DNA from: an uncultured virus (IMG/VR IMGVR_UViG_3300044695_008744)
Lineage: Duplodnaviria; Heunggongvirae; Uroviricota; Caudoviricetes
DNA length: 20,000 nucleotides
Strand: one strand, 5' to 3'
Virus record (IMG/VR): IMGVR_UViG_3300044695_008744
A program made the translations under genes and the position numbers. The first letter of the stretch is position 1. Every line of letters begins with the position of its first letter. Shown piece after piece: positions 16,701 to 20,000 of the stretch. The notes under the pieces were generated by a model, which worked only from the letters and a program-made list of their open reading frames with translations, had not been told where the DNA came from and searched no databases.

Positions 16701-19700
16701 ATAATGGGCTTATTACCAATATTCAACATTACAGTGTCGAAGATCCAGAAAACGGTCAACTTGTAGTGTTTACTGAAAATGGAATTTTTAAATCAAAATC
16801 AAGTGCTTTTGAATATGGACCATTGGACTCATCAGGCAATTTGGTTTTACCAAATAATTCTTACGAAAGATTTATTAACAATGTAACAGCACCCCAAGCA
16901 GATAATGCATCAGTGTACGATGCTTATACCTTGGAAGAGTATGTAGGTAAAATCACATCAGTAAGTATTGCCACTTCAATTGTCACCGTTCCTGATGGCA
17001 CTTACACGAATCAGCGCGTTTATGCCAATAATACACAAGGCTCTGGGTTGACTGTAGATCTTACAATTAAATCAAATGTTATTACAAGTCTAGAGATCAA
17101 TAGGGGTGGAGTAAATTATGGTGAAGATCTGCCTAATCCATATGTGGTAATTGGTGAACAGAAGATTTTCTTACAAAATGCAGTGACACAAGGATACTTT
17201 ACATGTAATTATGATTCTCAATATTTTGTTTACAGCAAATCTGATGGAATAAATCCTTCTTCTTTATTATATGAAGTTAACTACACAAATTTTTATGTGG
17301 AGCCTTGGAATAATTTTCCATTAGTTACAGCTAAAATTAACAATACACCTACAAATAATACTTTCGGATATAATGCAGAAACTGGTGAGATTGTGTTTGT
17401 GGATTCGTTGCCTAAATCTTTGAAAGATTCTGTCACCGTTTCTTTGACAAATAAAGGACAATACATTTCCAATACTGGTGATACTCCTCACGGTGAAGTA
17501 TTTAACATAAGCATTGCTGACTCAGTGCCTTCTGCAAGTATATCATCCACTTACTATTCTTCGTCTGGTTCTAATATTCTGCCTTTAAAAAACATCAACA
17601 ATACTAGATGGAACTCGGAAATCACATCCCTAAAAGTTACAGGATTGAGACCTGCAACTAATAGTTCAACTTTGCAATCTTACACTGAGATTTTACAAGT
17701 TAGTGTAGACACCACTGCTGGGCTCATTGTTTACATAAAGTCTAAACCGACAACACTGCCTCTCACTGTAAACTCAAATGTTTTTATTGTTAGACCTTAT
17801 GATAATGTTCTTGGAATTGAAGATAAAATTTTTCTTTCAAAATCAAACCTCACATATCACATGGATTCTGTTAGTCATGCAAATGTTTACACATTGTCTA
17901 ATGCTCTCACAAATATTAATCCAGATTTGTATGATTATCCAATTGTGCCAAATGAAACTTTATCAGGTGTAGATAGAGGGTTAAAAAATACTATTGCTCT
18001 GAAAAGTTTGTCAGAATTTGATCCAACAGCTACATTTGTTGGATATACATTTGGTGTTGACCCTAGCTCTTCAGATGTAGCAGCTTCTCCATCTACAATA
18101 AATTTAATCCTTAATTTTTCTTATGGAAATAACCCAACGTTTGCCACTAACAAAGGAATTTGGCAATACTTTAGAGCCTCTAAATCTTGGGTTAAACTTG
18201 ACTCTGTTGGAGATTCTAATGTAATTAATTTTGCTGATAAAACTCTTACAAATTCCTCGAATATAAGCTTTACATATGCAGGAACTGATCAAGGGCTTTT
18301 TTACCAACAAGACGGTGTATATACACTTGATCCTTTATTTACTGAACCAAATTTGAGTGTAAGCATGGGATCATGGTATACTTCAGCAAAGAACACAACT
18401 AAAAGATTTGAAGCTTATGGAAAAGACAATAGCATGTCTTTTGTTTTGAGAACCACAAAAACCCAAGAGCAAACAACTACCTTACAAAGTGATTATTTTG
18501 AAGGTCATACTATTTATGATCTTTATTACAATACTTTTTACAGATATGATGATAAGGGAAATAGAACTGAACATCCTGCAATTTATTTAGCAACGGATTA
18601 CAGTGTTTGGGCTTTTACCACTGACGCCGCTCCAGGGTCACCTCCACCTTCAAGCAGAGGTGCAAATCACACTTTACTTGTAGGTCGCGAAATGTTCGGC
18701 AATAATATTCTTAGAAACATAAATAGATTGAATCCAAGTGCGCTTGGTATACCTGTTAAAGTTTACAAAATTTTAGAAGTTCCTTCAGGTGGGAGATCAA
18801 CTTGGCTTGCTGTGGCAACATCAAATGGTGTGTATGTTGTTATAAACTGGAGACAATGTGATGTTGGTGATCCAAACGGTTTAACTTTTTATCCGCAAAA
18901 CAAATTCAGTTCAAATGAAACAGTTGGACACTCGTGTTTTGTTATAATTCCAAAATCTACTGATACTTCTAATTCCACATATTTTGTTGGCACTGAAGTG
19001 GGTGTTTTTAAATCTGTATCAAAATGCGGAGATTGGTCAAGAGTTTCAAAGTTTGATAATCAGGATTTGTCAGTAAGCGATTTAAAATATTTCAACGATT
19101 CAAGCGGAAACGGTATACTTGTTGCTGCCACGAACTTAGGGCTTTGGGTTTCCAATGATGATGGTGACACATGGTCAACAGTAGAAGATTATAATGATCC
19201 ACAAGTGCAAATAGAAACAAGTGCGACATATGGCTCTCCTTTAAGCGATTTGCCAATTCAAACATTTACGCCTGTTTCTGACGGCTATGTATCAAAGGCT
19301 TTTGCATACTTTAATCCAGGAGATTTAACTGGTATAACAACATTAAAAGCTTACATTTCTAACGGAACAGCTACAACACAATCTTCATCATCAATAGAAT
19401 TGAATTCAAGCAGTTATCCAGGCATGTATGGATTTGCATTTTCAAATGTGTCATGTATATCAACCATGTCTTATAGTCTAGGAATAGTAACAGATAATGC
19501 CACTTACGCTTCACAAGTAACATGGGGATTATCTAATTTGAATAATCCATACACACAAGGATCAGCATCTACATCTGGTGGCACATTATTAAATAAAGAC
19601 TTTTTCTTTAGAATAAATTTAACTACCCCTGCTACACCCACTGAAGTAATAGAACCAGTGGGATTCTATAACACATCTTATTCAATAGGTTTTGCGTCAG

Positions 19701-20000
19701 GAACATATTTGGGGGCTTCAATTTCAAGTACAGGATATCTTTATTCAAATGTTGGTATTTTGTGCAATGTTGTATTTGACACTTCTAAATCTTTTGAAAT
19801 CAATGATACAGCTATTGTCACACAATCTGGAGTATCCACTTCTTATGTAAGAACTGCAGTAATTAATGCCTTAGTGCCAACTGGAATAAACTCTGACACT
19901 TTATATACACGCTTGTCGAATGGTTTTGGCACTAGCAAATTGCTTACAGCAATATATGGATTTAACAATAAAATCAATGATTTATTGTTTTATTCAACAG
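13799..20000 (+). CDS. Giant (>=2067 aa, 3'-partial) putative phage fibre/baseplate-associated protein with HxH motifs, BNR/Asp-box propellers and a probable vWA domain at the window edge
   Basis: ATG 13799 overlaps the ORF2 stop (TAATG). Manual translation gives MSKRTPIYNYLYLESGDVIYPGYD... with no stop through ...INDLLFYST at 19999. Motifs: HVHSG 14435, GTLSNARI about 15100, STNFGITY 15560, SNDDGDTW 19151, DTSKS 19778. Confidence 0.85.
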   Translation, partial: MSKRTPIYNYLYLESGDVIYPGYDKDNQFTSENQIFGMYSYLGQGIISGWTIHWMGCLSDAYVLQQRQALIDAYRTDRFSYLALQYQSLNYPVTEADWKQCIVVKPGLGIVDVFHAATEYPTFFRFTEVNHYYVWAQKNVCTNTEYLCEIVAPEYPDEDYDLANQAIYIGEVFTGVVNSSVAVTQITYSERRRELKNAQGDIQRILNQALINHVHSGEGDNPSKINLSTNVTIIVPIIENSNTFTFTLPSGFNSNNYATPQVYLNSNLLMSSQYQISGSIIYLQNSVPITSSLQIVYQLAPGPNIYITSSLTPPLQNITLSFEKIYYLTDGTTTTASDGTQVFNVWNWNDNNYSEIKVYLSTEALDVQTYSIYQLKGVDNSGGRLKFIGPILPSILNYGETDVVVKFTVPSFEVTGKLSASRIASINASSFTRGTLSNARISRLDHLGLYRLDERATVIPTKKLLDSGDHIHFYPEIESVIQHSDYILNTTTTRYVKETSADSTTSPKTIISTPNGLFASKRSTLDFSTIVKLPWNTDNGVADEFSENYFGNFNTYQLPGTTTENLNPKAFWILCKNKNQFKNVLYLSTNFGITYSKITIPFTSSGSIVTINDFIFTVNVFQFTVGEVILTPKLDVNYIYYIAATDGLYSATILRSQNKLKPVWDNPTKNTTNASTGSINKISEAVNVGTITTTYDSGLTERNYQNYRALYAACDSGLFVYQSGTGLKFTTNSTAYNSDNSTFYFSKWLGVEDSSNQIFAVAWADSYGLYFSNSGQKITTTSSSGSSRTVTITFYEPLTLSRTSTTTVSCASTENIDITEAITSIDGYSLVNSALVLLKNQTDPSQNGVYIWSSTSELLYKQSSFNTKVYVTNGTQSQTEWIQLESDPENLNAINYALWFANILSLESNDQIVSIANDKSGGPNSNTTETRYYQSFFVATTKYIYRVLNYNTPNIYPTISQINWDYENNGLITNIQHYSVEDPENGQLVVFTENGIFKSKSSAFEYGPLDSSGNLVLPNNSYERFINNVTAPQADNASVYDAYTLEEYVGKITSVSIATSIVTVPDGTYTNQRVYANNTQGSGLTVDLTIKSNVITSLEINRGGVNYGEDLPNPYVVIGEQKIFLQNAVTQGYFTCNYDSQYFVYSKSDGINPSSLLYEVNYTNFYVEPWNNFPLVTAKINNTPTNNTFGYNAETGEIVFVDSLPKSLKDSVTVSLTNKGQYISNTGDTPHGEVFNISIADSVPSASISSTYYSSSGSNILPLKNINNTRWNSEITSLKVTGLRPATNSSTLQSYTEILQVSVDTTAGLIVYIKSKPTTLPLTVNSNVFIVRPYDNVLGIEDKIFLSKSNLTYHMDSVSHANVYTLSNALTNINPDLYDYPIVPNETLSGVDRGLKNTIALKSLSEFDPTATFVGYTFGVDPSSSDVAASPSTINLILNFSYGNNPTFATNKGIWQYFRASKSWVKLDSVGDSNVINFADKTLTNSSNISFTYAGTDQGLFYQQDGVYTLDPLFTEPNLSVSMGSWYTSAKNTTKRFEAYGKDNSMSFVLRTTKTQEQTTTLQSDYFEGHTIYDLYYNTFYRYDDKGNRTEHPAIYLATDYSVWAFTTDAAPGSPPPSSRGANHTLLVGREMFGNNILRNINRLNPSALGIPVKVYKILEVPSGGRSTWLAVATSNGVYVVINWRQCDVGDPNGLTFYPQNKFSSNETVGHSCFVIIPKSTDTSNSTYFVGTEVGVFKSVSKCGDWSRVSKFDNQDLSVSDLKYFNDSSGNGILVAATNLGLWVSNDDGDTWSTVEDYNDPQVQIETSATYGSPLSDLPIQTFTPVSDGYVSKAFAYFNPGDLTGITTLKAYISNGTATTQSSSSIELNSSSYPGMYGFAFSNVSCISTMSYSLGIVTDNATYASQVTWGLSNLNNPYTQGSASTSGGTLLNKDFFFRINLTTPATPTEVIEPVGFYNTSYSIGFASGTYLGASISSTGYLYSNVGILCNVVFDTSKSFEINDTAIVTQSGVSTSYVRTAVINALVPTGINSDTLYTRLSNGFGTSKLLTAIYGFNNKINDLLFYST
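16220..16441 (+). other. Second copy of the 'IDG...NGVY' fibre domain, in ORF3
   Basis: VSCASTENIDITEAITSIDGYSLVNSALVLLKNQTDPSQNGVYIW...KVYVTNGTQSQTEW. Confidence 0.8.
18095..19180 (+). other. BNR/Asp-box type beta-propeller in ORF3; an earlier propeller region lies at about 15320-16800
   Basis: Blades FATNKGIWQY, YAGTDQGLFY, IYLATDYSVW, LAVATSNGVYV, YFVGTEVGVFKS and LVAATNLGLWV, followed by the canonical Asp-box SNDDGDTW (19151-19174). Confidence 0.75.
19757..20000 (+). other. Probable start of a von Willebrand factor A domain with a MIDAS DxSxS motif
   Basis: ILCNVVF-DTSKS-FEIND (DTSKS at 19778-19792), then a helix-like YVRTAVINAL and a strand LLTAIYGFNN, matching the vWA betaA-alpha1-betaB order. 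Confidence 0.6.

Noticed and set aside
734..18310. Short 60-84 aa ORFs on the minus strand or in alternate + frames
   Set aside because: All lie within the three giant genes and have no motifs. They look like antisense or frame shadows of biased codon usage.
18539..18571. YRYDDKGNRTE resembling an RHS/YD repeat
   Set aside because: It is a single occurrence in a hairpin between propeller strands. There is no YD array or RHS core motif.
1..20000. Diversity-generating retroelement, CRISPR array, tRNA, intein or mobile element
   Set aside because: I saw no reverse transcriptase, near-identical TR/VR pair, spaced direct repeats, intein termini or transposase, and there is almost no non-coding space. 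A template repeat outside the window cannot be excluded.
1..20000. Cellular adhesin/S-layer locus or eukaryotic giant virus origin
   Set aside because: ORF2 and ORF3 lack signal peptides, and no sortase, T9SS, autotransporter or RTX signals are visible. The TAATG coupling and phage fibre motifs favour a tailed phage. The alternatives are disfavoured but not formally excluded without flanking genes.

Overview
This AT-rich window (roughly one-third GC by eye) is almost fully coding and holds three giant, co-oriented + strand genes. ORF1 (<3..9740, >3240 aa) is probably 5'-truncated. ORF2 spans 9780..13799 (1339 aa). ORF3 (13799..>20000, >=2067 aa) is missing from the supplied ORF track because it has no stop inside the window; I translated it by hand and the frame is open to the edge. 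All three are S/T/N/G-rich, beta-rich mosaics of phage-fibre and adhesin-like modules: G-x-G-Y fibre repeats, an 'IDG...NGVY' fibre domain, Ig-like repeats, RCC1 and Asp-box propellers, PKD, and probable PA14 and vWA domains. The best reading is a virion structural (baseplate/fibre/receptor-binding) operon of a large or jumbo tailed phage; this is inference, as no hallmark capsid, terminase or sheath gene is present. The most striking pattern is nested domain insertion in all three proteins, where domains are repeatedly split and others inserted into them, up to three levels deep. All domain calls come from motif recognition by eye, not from database searches.
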